The position numbers and the translations under genes were made by a program. DNA of 64,000 nucleotides, from the NCBI GenBank assembly GCA_964035545.1, contig OZ037772.1, positions 1,674,001-1,738,000 of the forward strand. Reading direction: 5' to 3'. Below are positions 16,631 to 27,460 of this stretch, piece after piece. The DNA comes from Bugula neritina. Lineage: Eukaryota > Animalia > Bryozoa. Below the pieces are notes generated by a model that was given only the letters and a program-made list of their open reading frames with translations, did not search any database and was not told the origin of the DNA. Position 1 is the first letter of the stretch. Each line of letters starts with the position of its first letter.

Positions 16631-19600
16631 TGTTCCATGCTGCTCTAATTTTTGTTGGAAATAAGCTTCTGCAAAAATTATTACTGATCACTCTGAACTA
16701 ACTTGTCATAACTTCTAACCAGTATGAGAGTATATTAATGTGGATTTTATTGTATATGATAGTTGAATATAAGAAATGCAACAAAAAATAACTTTTAAAG
16801 ATTAAAATAAGAAAAAAAACATGAAAATATACATTTGCAGAATTTTTCTGCGACTGTAAATTCAGTTAACTTTTCTCAATATTAGCAGAACCTGCTAAGA
16901 CCATAGTGTGTGTCATTAAATTCTTGCTCTGTAGTGTAGCGATAACCAAGCAGTTGTGGTGTGTAATGGTTAGCACACCTGTGTGCAAGTCCGAGGTCTG
17001 TGATAGTAACCCAAGTACGGGAGGGGGGGGAGGGGGAAGTTTTATAACTAATTCCAGCGGTTAGTGAAGTGTGGTAGTACTCCGAGAGGAGTTGCGTGGT
17101 CAGGGAAACTTGAAGGAGTAGTATAAAAAAAGGCAGCTGAGTTCTTGAAAAGTGGGTAAGGTGTAGTGTCGGGAGCACCCAGTGACGCTTGTAATGTAGT
17201 GGTGAGTGCGCCTGCTTGCAGGCTGAAGGTCTCAGCATGATTCAAAGTTTTGTAGCGGTCAAATTCTTTTTTGTGCTCCTATGCAGCATCTTTGATTGCA
17301 TGTTCTCAAAAAATGTTATGGGATCTACAACAAAAGATAAAAGTTGGGTAATATTTAAACTGTATTAGTATGAACAGTAAACATTTAGTTAAGATATACA
17401 ATCACAAGCAGCGTAAATAAATTAAGTTCAACTTTGAAGAAGCTGAAGTCTAAGGCCAAAACTAATAGTATTATTGATGTTAGCTATGAATCTTTCAGCA
17501 CCATCGTACCAATCGTTTGACTCTGAATAACCACACAGGCTTTGGCAAACTTATGATCATTATGTTGCGTAGGGTTTGGGTTGGTTTGAGCTTATCAAAA
17601 TTTAGTAACAATTTTGGCCATCATTTTATTTTACTTCTTTCTTAATTACAAATGCAAGAGCTGTTGGGCATAATTAGTTTAGTTAATAGAAGCTTCTCTG
17701 CATTAAAATTATCTCAAAATGTCAGTGAACCACAATTTAAGCTAGATTCAGCATTTTATATGGACCCCTCATATCGAGATAACAGATATTGATAAGTTTC
17801 AGTATGTCTATAAATTGAAAAACAAATAAAGTACTACCAAGAAAAATATTGCTACTTAAACATGTTTTTATATTTAATTGTGCTGTGCAAAGACAAATAA
17901 AAGAATAAACTGGTAGCACGGAAGTTAATAAAAGATTTTGCCAACTTTGCCAACTCACCACTAATATTGGCATTTTGGTACTTAGCTATAAGACAAGAAG
18001 CTAGCTTGGCAGCTGCTTAAGGCTAATAACTACTTGTAGGCTGCTAAACTGCATTATTAACAATACTTCTACAATGGGGGGGAATTCAAATTAATGAATT
18101 CAGCACAAATTGCTAGAAAGTGAAGTGGAAATAAAACGCTAAATTTTTTGAAAATAGATTGTTACAGGAAAACTCGTATCAAATTGATATAGGAATAGAG
18201 TAGTTTGGGAAATATCAGTCAATGTGGTCTCTTAAAAGTTATAGTTGCACAATTAATTCAATTATCTGTCTACAGCAATAGTCATACTGTCATTGTGATA
18301 TAAAATGACAACGTTAAGCAAATGATTGAGCTTACCTTTTGCTGCAATGACAACTTCAGTTCCTAACTCTGAAAGAAAGTGATCATCTTCTATCTTTGAG
18401 AGGTAGCTGCAATCTTTACCCATTTGATGAAATGATTCAATGTTTTCCATGTTGTGAAGTTGTTTGGAAGCACAAATTCTTTGAATCTCAAAGCACAACC
18501 TCTTAGTCTGAGCCTCTGGTGTTCACTATGCCTGCAGAATATTTCTTCTGTCAATAGCCGTGAATGAAAACTATGTGCTGTTATGTAATAACCTTTGTTT
18601 TGCTCTTTCGATGCTTGGTAAGCCAGTTTCTTGCCTTTGAATTACAATTTAAAAATTTCTTTACTATAGCTCTGTTATGCAACATCTTCTTTTGTTCCAC
18701 CAGGTAGTTTACACAAGTTACTTAGGCTTTGACTATTCAGTAGCTTGCTTCATTGTTAATTTTAAGCTTCTTGTTTGAAACACATTTGCTGATAACTGAG
18801 TACATTGAAGTTTAATGGTGCATCTCCCTGATCTCTCTTTTACACACATTTTAAATTAGTTGGCTTTCCTTTCCATGAATGAAATTGACTAGTGAAGCCT
18901 AAACTACCCATGCAAGAGACATGTGCAGTTGAAGTTTTTTGTTGATAAATTCAACTTAAGTCTTTAATAAACGGAGTGGGGCGATGTTTAATAGTAGTCT
19001 GGTAACAAGCCATTTGAAAATGTCTTGGGTTCAAAAAAATTTACAAATCATAAACAGCTAGTAGGTTGAAGGAGTTTCATTTCACTTATATGCTCCCCAG
19101 TTAGGTTGTATTTTTTGTTTTGGTACTAAGTATTATATACCTATATACCCTTATATAACTTTCATATCGATTGCTAAACATAAATTATAACCATTAATAT
19201 GATATATTTGCAATAATATTTAAATTTTCCCAAACTTTTGTTGAAAAAAGCATTAAATGCATTAATAATAACATTTTTTTCCAAAAAACAAAAAATATAG
19301 AAAATGCAAAATTAATAAGTTTATTCAGAGCAAAGAAATTTATTTCTGTGCCAATTATAAAAAGCAATTGACTCAAATTTATTTAAATACACATATATTT
19401 CAATAGTGTTCAAATAAATTGCATGTAAAATGTATAAATAGCATCTAACTGGGAAGCACCAATTGAAATGACCCAAATGTAGGGTTCAACTTCATCCTAG
19501 CTTCCTATAAAGGTTTGTGATCATCATTAGTGCACATGTGAACGAATAATGCTGTTAGGTGAACAACTGCCAATTGTTCCATAATTCTTATGTAAATAAA

Positions 19601-21549
19601 ATTTTGCTTGAACATATGTAGTTGTAGCATTAATCTCACTTTCTGCTCCTATCAACCACTGTTTAGCTTCATACAGACCTAGGGATGATGATTACGTAAT
19701 ACTTGTGAAAAGTAGCGTTGACTTAACAACTAAGTGGTTTCAGAGCTACTACAAAATATTTTTCAGCTTACACTAATCGGATTAATTTTCAATTTCATCA
19801 AAATGAGTGCAGGTCTAACAACTATTAGAGGTGTGGTGCAGGCTATACCGACAATAAAAGGCTCTTTGAACAACTTTAGTGCAAGCGCTGCACTAATAAT
19901 TCTCTCTGTGTGCTAGGCTTTTTCCATTTGTGCCCTTGATACCAGAACCATTATTACCTGCGTGCCATTCTACCTGCGTGCCATTTTATCTATAAAGTTT
20001 GTTACTTCAAGTACTATACAAATATTATTAGTAACTTGACATTTCTTATCCCTAAGGAGTGTTAAATATAAATATAATACTTGAGATAAACATTCTCATG
20101 TGATATAATGTAGCCTGAAGTTATATCATATGACTTGACTATTTCTACTACAGTTAGGGTGGGTCACCCCACAGCCCACACATACAACTACACTACATTA
20201 CATACTGTAGGAACACTGGCACAGCTGAGGCTAGGCTGACTTATAAGTATGGAATAGTTGACCCAGCAGTTATATACTTTGTTATAGAGACTCTAATTTT
20301 CTAGTATTAGAATATAAATATTACTCTAAAGATTTGGTATATCAGAGAGCCAGTCACTTAACACCAATTAACTTGGTTGTCTCAATCAGAGCTGGTCTCT
20401 GTGTAGTTCAGTTTGTTTTAAAGGTTCTCTGAAGCTTCCCCAGTCTTTATATGAGCTGCCTTTAAATATATACAATAGTTTTAATACAATACAAAGACAA
20501 TTATTGTTAACACATGTCAAGTAATAGAACAGGAATAAGGCCTCTCTGATAGTTATTTGAATATCTACAAGAAGTATAACTAAATATACAATAATAACTA
20601 CATATCTAGAAACATGCAGAATATTATACTTGAATAAATCTCTTGTAACAAAGTATTGTTACATAACTGGAAAATAGAGAAACTATATTTCACAATTCAG
20701 AACACAATCTGCAATCAGCATTCAGTGCTGAAATTAAGCAAAAGCGATGACAGTTGTTATATGAATATAATAATATCATGATGTAAATAATGATAATGAT
20801 ATTATATTCATATACCAAATGTCATTGCAGTTCCCTAAGCCAAGCGTAACTGGTTATTGTATGTCACGTGACTCAACAAATACACGCCCCTTCCGTTGTA
20901 ACATTATAACGTCATTGAACACAGTCATTCACACGTTGACTGAAGAGGGCTTTACATTGATAACTCGGAGGTTAGTAAAACATTTATAGACTTAGTTTAT
21001 CAATAGTCAGCAATCAGTATAGGTATTACATTTACTACATTGCTATAACTATTAGAATTAGATTCAGTGTTGCAATTAGTTTTAATACCACGCCCGCTAC
21101 TATCATCATTAAATTTATTTATAATGATAATCTTAACAATAACAAGTTATACTTATAGTTATACTTATGGTAGGATTATTATAACCAGTGAGTCACTTAT
21201 CTTTACTTTGTGAATTTATGATTGTAACACTGAATAAAATTATCATCATTGTGATTATAATAATGATTGAAAAATTTTAAATTCGTGTTACACTTACTCA
21301 ATTTGAATATCAGAATATCTTACCACTGGCACTAGCCAGTTTTTAATCACAATGTGTTTATGTTATGTTTGCTTTATAGATTCAGAGACCGGTCAAAGAG
21401 TTTAAGATAGTTTATTGCTCAAGATATTAAAGGTCCACTCTGGATAGATCTAAAAGCACAAACTGACTATTATTAATAACACGAATAACATAGTATAAAG
21501 TATAAACTTTTACAAACAAAGACAAAGTTTATTCAGCATATCATCAACA

Positions 21550-21564
21550 TCCCCTTTACAAACC
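21550..21564 (-). promoter_or_regulatory. Element A polypurine tract
   Basis: GTAAAGGGGA directly before the 3' LTR on the minus strand. Confidence 0.7.
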
Positions 21565-21822
21565 TTTGACAATGTTGAACAAACAAACGAAAAAAAAAAC
21601 TAAACAAAAAATTAAGAATTGATACATGAACAAGTAATACAATTTTGTTATTAACAGTCTATAGCAGATTAGCATATTATTACAAGATTGTCTCCCTTGT
21701 TAATTTAAAGTACATTATATTATTTTCTGGGTTCGGGCTATTTAAATCTGAGTTTTTTTTTTGTTTTTTTTTCTTCAAGAGTTTATTGTCTGATTGCCTT
21801 CGGTCAGATTAGGTATAGTTAT

Positions 21823-24168
21823 CTAGTATAGTTCGTATTGTTCATATTTAGCTGGGGTTTTTGTTTGTCTTGACCGTTGCCATCTAACTGGGGCTGGATC
21901 AGGGTTTGTATTCACTTCTGTAGGAATTGCTGTTGCGGCTGATTGAATCTGTGCGTCTGGAACAGAATGACTGGATACTGGGTCATTGGCGTCTGTTGGT
22001 ATTTCAACTGTAGTCAATGGCTGACTAGCTTCCACATCACTCAGAGGGCGCAAATCGGCCCTGTTTCGCCTCACAGCCATGTCTGTGTCTTTGTTTGAGA
22101 CAAGGTATGATCGGTCCGACAGCTGTTCAACCACTCTACCCTGCTGCCATCTAGTCTTTTGTGACACAAAGTCTCTCAGCAGCACTGGCGAGCCAATAGC
22201 CAACTTTGTCAAATCTTTAGCTGATTTATTGTAGCTGCTCTGTACCACTTTTCTCTTGTTAGCTTTTTGCTGTAAGACATTGTTCTTTGGCATGTCACCT
22301 GTAGGAAGAATAGACCTCGTGGAATGCCCAAACATCCTCTGAGCTGGTGATGAGGTCATCCCTGCAGTCGGGGTATTTCGATACTCTAGCAGAGCCAAAT
22401 ATGGGTCTTCTGCTCTCTTCATCAGCCTTTTGATTATTTTAACTGCTGCTTCTGCCTTCCCATTCGACTGCTGATGTCCCGGAGATGAGGTTGTATGGCT
22501 GAAACCCCATTCAGTGCTAAATCGAGCAAAGTCGGCCGAGGTGAATTGTGGTCCATTGTCTGATTGAAGCTGGTGAGGGATTCCATACCTTGCAAAAGTT
22601 TTCTTGCAAGCCTTGATTACTGCTCTAGATTGTGTATCAGATAAAGGTTCACATTCAAAGAAGTCAGAGTAATAATCTACCAGCATCAAATAATCCTTAT
22701 GCTTATAGGTTAGTATGTCCATGCCTACTTTACTCCAAGGTAAGTCTGGTATGTCATGGTTTTGCAGAGACTCATGCTGTTGTAAAGGTGCATCCATTGC
22801 ACATGTGACACACTTGTCAGTTTTCATTCGAATGTCCTCAGCCATTTGAGGCCAGAATACCGCATTGCGAGCTCTTCTGATAGTGGCAGCTGTTCCTTGA
22901 TGGCTAGTGTGAAGCTTGTTGAGTATCTCACCTCTGGCAGCTATGGGCACAACCAGTCTAGATCCTTTATAAATAATCCCATCTAGTACTGCAAGTTCAT
23001 CTTTGTATGAATAATACGGCTTCACCTCTTCTGGAAGTTGAAATAATTTGTTAGGCCATCCTGAGGTTATCAGAGATTGCAGCTGCACCATTACTGGATC
23101 ATTACCCGTATGCTGTTGGATCAGTTTATAGGTCGCTTCTGACACTGGCAGGTCTTGCTTCAGACCCGTTTCGCTTAGGTCAGACATAAATGACTTTAAT
23201 TGATTAACTGTGAAAATCTGTTCTTTTGATGTATTGTTCTGGGGTTCACCAACAGGAGCGCGAGACAGCATGTCTGCTGTAACTTGTTCAGAACCAGGTT
23301 TGTAGTGCACTTTAATTTGGTATCTTTGCAGAGCTAATAGCATTGATTGCAGGCGTTTAGGCGCTTTGTTCAGAGGCTTCTTAAATATTGTTTCTAAAGG
23401 GTGGTGATCCGTGTGTACAGTTACATCTGGGTTTCCAAAAACGTACTGATCGTATTTCTGCATCCCATAGACAATGGCCAGAAGTTCTAATTCAATAGGT
23501 GCGTAGTTTTTCTCACTATCTGTCAAACTTCTAGAGCCATAGCTTACTGGTTGCCCCTCTTGTAAAAGTACAGCTCCGAGCCCTTCTAGACTTGCATCAG
23601 TCTGTACAACTACTGGCTGGTTCATGTTGAAGTATTTGAGTGAAGAAGTTTTCGTGATAAGTTTTTTAATCTCATCAAACGCTCTCTTTTGATCTTGGCC
23701 CCAGACAAACTCTTCCTTGCTTACACCAATCAGCCGTCTTAGTGGTTCACATTCAGCAGAGCAGTGAGGTATGAACTTTGATAGGTAGTTCACATGACCA
23801 AGAAACCTCTGTATTTCTTCACTGTTGACAGGGGGCTTCATGTCCGTTATGGCTCGGATTTTATTAGGATCGGGCTTCACTCCATCTTTTGTTATCAAAT
23901 GACCAATATAAGGTAGCTCTTCTAGAAGAAACTTACATTTTTCTTTGTTTAGCTTGAGATTAACCCTACGCGCTCTGGCTAAAAGTTTTTCGAGCTTTTG
24001 GTTATGGTCTTGCACTGCTTCCGCTTGAGTAGCTCCTTTCCCATAAATTAGGATGTCGTCTGCTACTACAGTTACTCCGTCGAGACCGCTAAGTGCATCT
24101 GAGAGTCTCCTCTGGAACTCTTCAGGACTTGAGGACAACCCAAAAGGCATTCTCAGCCATTTGTATTT
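21823..24168 (-). CDS. Element A pol, 3' part (RT C-terminal half, RNase H, integrase)
   Basis: YKWLRMPFG, VADD, QTDAS, HHCC (LHTSH...CVTC), DDE core (GMDI, SDNGPQF, GKAEAAVK); rejoins the 5' part in frame once the MITE and one TSD copy are removed. Confidence 0.92.
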   Translation of the reverse strand, partial: KYKWLRMPFGLSSSPEEFQRRLSDALSGLDGVTVVADDILIYGKGATQAEAVQDHNQKLEKLLARARRVNLKLNKEKCKFLLEELPYIGHLITKDGVKPDPNKIRAITDMKPPVNSEEIQRFLGHVNYLSKFIPHCSAECEPLRRLIGVSKEEFVWGQDQKRAFDEIKKLITKTSSLKYFNMNQPVVVQTDASLEGLGAVLLQEGQPVSYGSRSLTDSEKNYAPIELELLAIVYGMQKYDQYVFGNPDVTVHTDHHPLETIFKKPLNKAPKRLQSMLLALQRYQIKVHYKPGSEQVTADMLSRAPVGEPQNNTSKEQIFTVNQLKSFMSDLSETGLKQDLPVSEATYKLIQQHTGNDPVMVQLQSLITSGWPNKLFQLPEEVKPYYSYKDELAVLDGIIYKGSRLVVPIAARGEILNKLHTSHQGTAATIRRARNAVFWPQMAEDIRMKTDKCVTCAMDAPLQQHESLQNHDIPDLPWSKVGMDILTYKHKDYLMLVDYYSDFFECEPLSDTQSRAVIKACKKTFARYGIPHQLQSDNGPQFTSADFARFSTEWGFSHTTSSPGHQQSNGKAEAAVKIIKRLMKRAEDPYLALLEYRNTPTAGMTSSPAQRMFGHSTRSILPTGDMPKNNVLQQKANKRKVVQSSYNKSAKDLTKLAIGSPVLLRDFVSQKTRWQQGRVVEQLSDRSYLVSNKDTDMAVRRNRADLRPLSDVEASQPLTTVEIPTDANDPVSSHSVPDAQIQSAATAIPTEVNTNPDPAPVRWQRSRQTKTPAKYEQYELY

Positions 24169-24418
24169 GTGACCCAGGCAGTCAGAAAAGCACTTTGTGA
24201 CAAAATTCACATTTTCAGTTAATGCTTGATTCTTAATTGCCTATTTATACTGATTGATTTGCAGTTTAAATTTTTGAAATCGGACTACTATTATAATAGT
24301 GGTCCGATTTCAAAAATTTAAAGTGCAAATCAATCAGTATAAAGAGGCAAATAAGAATCAAGCATTAACTAAAAATGTGAATTTTGTCACAAAGTGCTTT
24401 TCTGACTGCCTGGGTCAC
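24169..24418. mobile_element. 250-bp near-perfect palindromic MITE inserted in the RT of element A
   Basis: GTGACCCAGGCAGTCAGAAAAGCAC...GTGCTTTTCTGACTGCCTGGGTCAC; flanked by ATTT/ATTT (alternatively a TT TSD with TGTG...CACA ends). Confidence 0.93.
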
Positions 24419-26060
24419 ATTTTCCAAATGGCGTCCAGAATGTAGTTAAATCACTGGACTTTTTGCTGAGCTTTATCTGCAGAAAGCCGTCCTTGGCATC
24501 ACACAATGAGAATACTCGAGCACCATCCAGCTCGCTAAGCACATCGTCCAGCGTCGGCATTGGAAAATGATTTCTTTGAATCACTTGGTTTAGGTTGCTT
24601 GGGTCTAAACATACTCTCAGTGTGCCATTGGGTTTTCTCACAGCCACATGATTGTTTATCCAAGCTGTTGGGTAGTCTACTGGACTTAAGATACCTTTCT
24701 GGGTGTATGACTGCAATTTTTGTTTGAGATCAGCTACCATCGAGAGAGGCGTCTTTCTGTTGTGACTTTGTCTTGGGATAGCCTTATCATCTATTTCAAT
24801 ATGGTATTCCCCAGGCAAACATCCAATACCTTCAAAAACCTCTGGGTAGCTTTCGAGAATGTCATCTAGGCTGGCATTGCTTATTAGGTTAACCCACTCC
24901 TCTTTAATGGTTATCAAACCGAGCTGAAGAGCGGCCTCACCAGATAGAAGGCTGTGATTTTGTGTCTTGTGCACCAGAAAATACAGCTTCTCTCCAGCTA
25001 CTTCCAGTTCGCATCCTCCTAATGCTCGGGTGATAGAACCATCAAACTGCTTTAGTCTTGTCTGGTTGTTGTCAAGCTTTGGCTTACCGAGATCAACAAA
25101 ATCTTTGTGATTGAGAATGTTACAGGATGCTCCTGTGTCAATCTGAAACTGTGTCGGTTTGTGACTATCATTCACACTGGCTCTTATAGTTGTCATCAAC
25201 TTTTTGTTCTTTCTGACTACCTGTATGCTCAACAACGATTCACTTGAGCCATCACTGTCTTCTTCTACCATGTTTACTTGCTTCTTTGAGCGACATTGAG
25301 ATCTCCAATGGTTATACTTTTTGCAGTTATGACACTGGTGACCGTATGCAGGACACTTTCTGGGAGGGTGAGACTGCCCACAGTTGCCACAACTTCCTTT
25401 TGAGAAGTTTCCTGTTCGAGTGGACCTTACTGCATTATCATCATCATCTTTGCTTGGCTTATTAGGCTTCTTTCTGGAACCGATGAACTGCACTGATTCT
25501 TCAGATTGGATCGCAGCCATGTCATTCCTTGAATTCTCAGCAATACGACATTTCTTTATAGCTTCTTCTAGTCCTAAGCCAGTATCCCCGCTGGCATCAT
25601 CAAATAGCTTCCTTCTTAGTTGGGCATCGTTGATGCCCAGGAGTAAAGCTTGAAGCATGAAATCGTCATACATTGTGTCCAGTTGACACTCTCGAGCGAT
25701 TTTGTGAAGCGAGGTGACATATTCATCAATGTTCATGGTATTCTGCTTGGTTGATAACAGTTGATGTCTTTTTACTACTTTATTAGTGCCTCGTTGACAA
25801 AAAGCATCAAACTTCTCCACAACATCAGCATAGACTTCTTTTGATTTACCATCTGAGAAAGTGAATGTTTTGAATATGTCGTTGCCTCTGGGGCCTATGC
25901 ATCTTAACATAATGGCTACTTTGACTTTATCATCAGAATTTGCTTTCTCAGCTGCTGTGAGGAATAGCTCAAATTCTTCTTTAAATCTCATCCACTGGTT
26001 GGACAAGTCAGAGCCATCTTGAATAGGCTTGGGGGCTAAAAAGTCAACACTGATACTCAT
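24419..26060 (-). CDS. Element A gag-pol, 5' part (Gag, zinc knuckles, protease, N-terminal RT)
   Basis: First ATG at 26060 (MSISVDF); CGNCGQSHPPRKC and CHNCKKYNHWRSQC; protease FQIDTGASCN; RT LRVCLDP...DAKDGFLQI...TTFWTPFGK up to the MITE. Confidence 0.9.
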
Positions 26061-26151
26061 CTTGATATTGTGATTTTTTGTTGTTTTTGATTTAGTTGTA
26101 TTGTTTGTTGTCTCTCTTTCCAGCAAACACTTTACTTTTAAATTCTTTAAG

Positions 26152-26169
26152 TCCTCACTCGGGGCACCA
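26152..26169 (-). promoter_or_regulatory. Element A primer binding site (elongator tRNA-Met-like)
   Basis: TGGTGCCCCGAGTGAGGA directly after the 5' LTR; complement resembles the metazoan elongator tRNA-Met 3' end (CCUCAC.CGGGGCACCA). Confidence 0.75.
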
Positions 26170-27460
26170 TGTTTATGTTATGTTTGCTTTATAGATTCAG
26201 AGACCGGTCAAAGAGTTTAAGATAGTTTATTGCTCAAGATATTAAAGGTCCACTCTGGATAGATCTAAAAGCACAAACTGACTATTATTAATAACACGAA
26301 TAACATAGTATAAAGTATAAACTTTTACAAACAAAGACAAAGCTTATTCAGCATATCATCAACACAATGCATAGTCACTGTAGTGATCACTGTATCAGTA
26401 TGTGATACATTGTTATGCCCTGCGCATTTCAATGCACTGCCCTTCTGTATTCATTGTGCATAGCATAATTGTTTGGCTTATAGTATTTTACAAACAAACT
26501 GCAGTATACTGCTCCGATTTATGTAACAACACTTGCTGCTATCTTTACCTCTCAATTTCTGTCATTTAAAAACTGAAGTATTTACATGAAAGGTGGTGAA
26601 GTTAATGGTACGTAATTGGAATTCGACTACTCCATAAATTACTGAGAATATATGGTTAGCCACATTTATATGACGTACCATTGTTGTAGACAAAAAATAT
26701 GGAGTTAGTGTTAACAAATCATTTGCTAGGTAAGAGTGTAGAATAAATAATTGGCTAGAGATGAGTGTAGAAGCTGCCAACTCATGAAACAACTACACCT
26801 GACCTAACAGAAGTACAAACATGTTAAATTAGTTTGTTTCACACCTCCATAGTTTCTATTAGATGATTAGAATAGCAAACTAGCAGTTAATGGCATGTTT
26901 CCTGACAGATGGAAGGAAGACTCTAAGTAACATATTGAATCATGCATCACCAACACTGCAGAAATGTTGAAATGAGTTTTTTCATGTAGATTATTGAGAA
27001 AACAAAGAATTTTTAACACCCAGCACAAACTATTTCATGAAACTATGTTTTCTCACACTGCTATGTTCTCCCTGTTTAGTGTCTTACGCATGTTATACAC
27101 TCCTTGCTACGGAATAGTTCAAAGTACACCCTGGGAAGGAACAAAGTCTATCCTATGCTCAGGTGTAGACTCTGTCCCAGTAATGTGTCAAAATACTCAG
27201 TTAGAAACACATTATTTATGGGAGTTCATGAAATATCCAGCTTATATATGAGCAGCTGAGCCCAATTGCGCTGTTTGTTCATAAAAGTAATACATAACTC
27301 ACTGGTATTCATGTTTCACTTCTACTCTACATATTGATGGTCTGGTTATAGGCCAGTCCTTGGTTGGGAAGGTGAAGGACAAACCTTCACAGATGTAGTG
27401 TAAAATATTATGCTAAGAGTATGTGTATCTTTTACAGGATTTCCTTATTATATAACCAAG

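Larger units (their letters stand above)
13480..20320 (+). repeat. Three dispersed direct copies of a 300-400 bp block (approx. 13480-13870, 14905-15180, 19990-20320)
   Basis: Shared sequence AAAGTTTGTTACTT.AAGTACTATACAAATATTATTAG...GTTAGGGTGGGTCACC..ACAGCCCACACATA in all three. Confidence 0.85.
21355..26364 (-). mobile_element. Element A: full-length Ty3/Gypsy LTR retrotransposon (Mag/SURL-like, single gag-pol ORF), disrupted by a MITE
   Basis: 195-bp LTRs at 21355-21549 and 26170-26364 (TG...CA, 1 mismatch seen); 5-bp TSD CAATG; PBS and PPT present; domain order PR-RT-RH-IN; paired Cys/His knuckle region typical of the Mag lineage. Confidence 0.96.

Noticed and set aside
18262-18498. Possible transposase remnant (LSELGTEVVIAAKGK...LYH)
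   Set aside because: Too degenerate to assign without a search; no catalytic motif or termini identified
24169-24210. Apparent pol start MNFVTKC and gag-pol end CDPGSQKSTL
   Set aside because: Both are read from the inserted MITE, not from the retrotransposon
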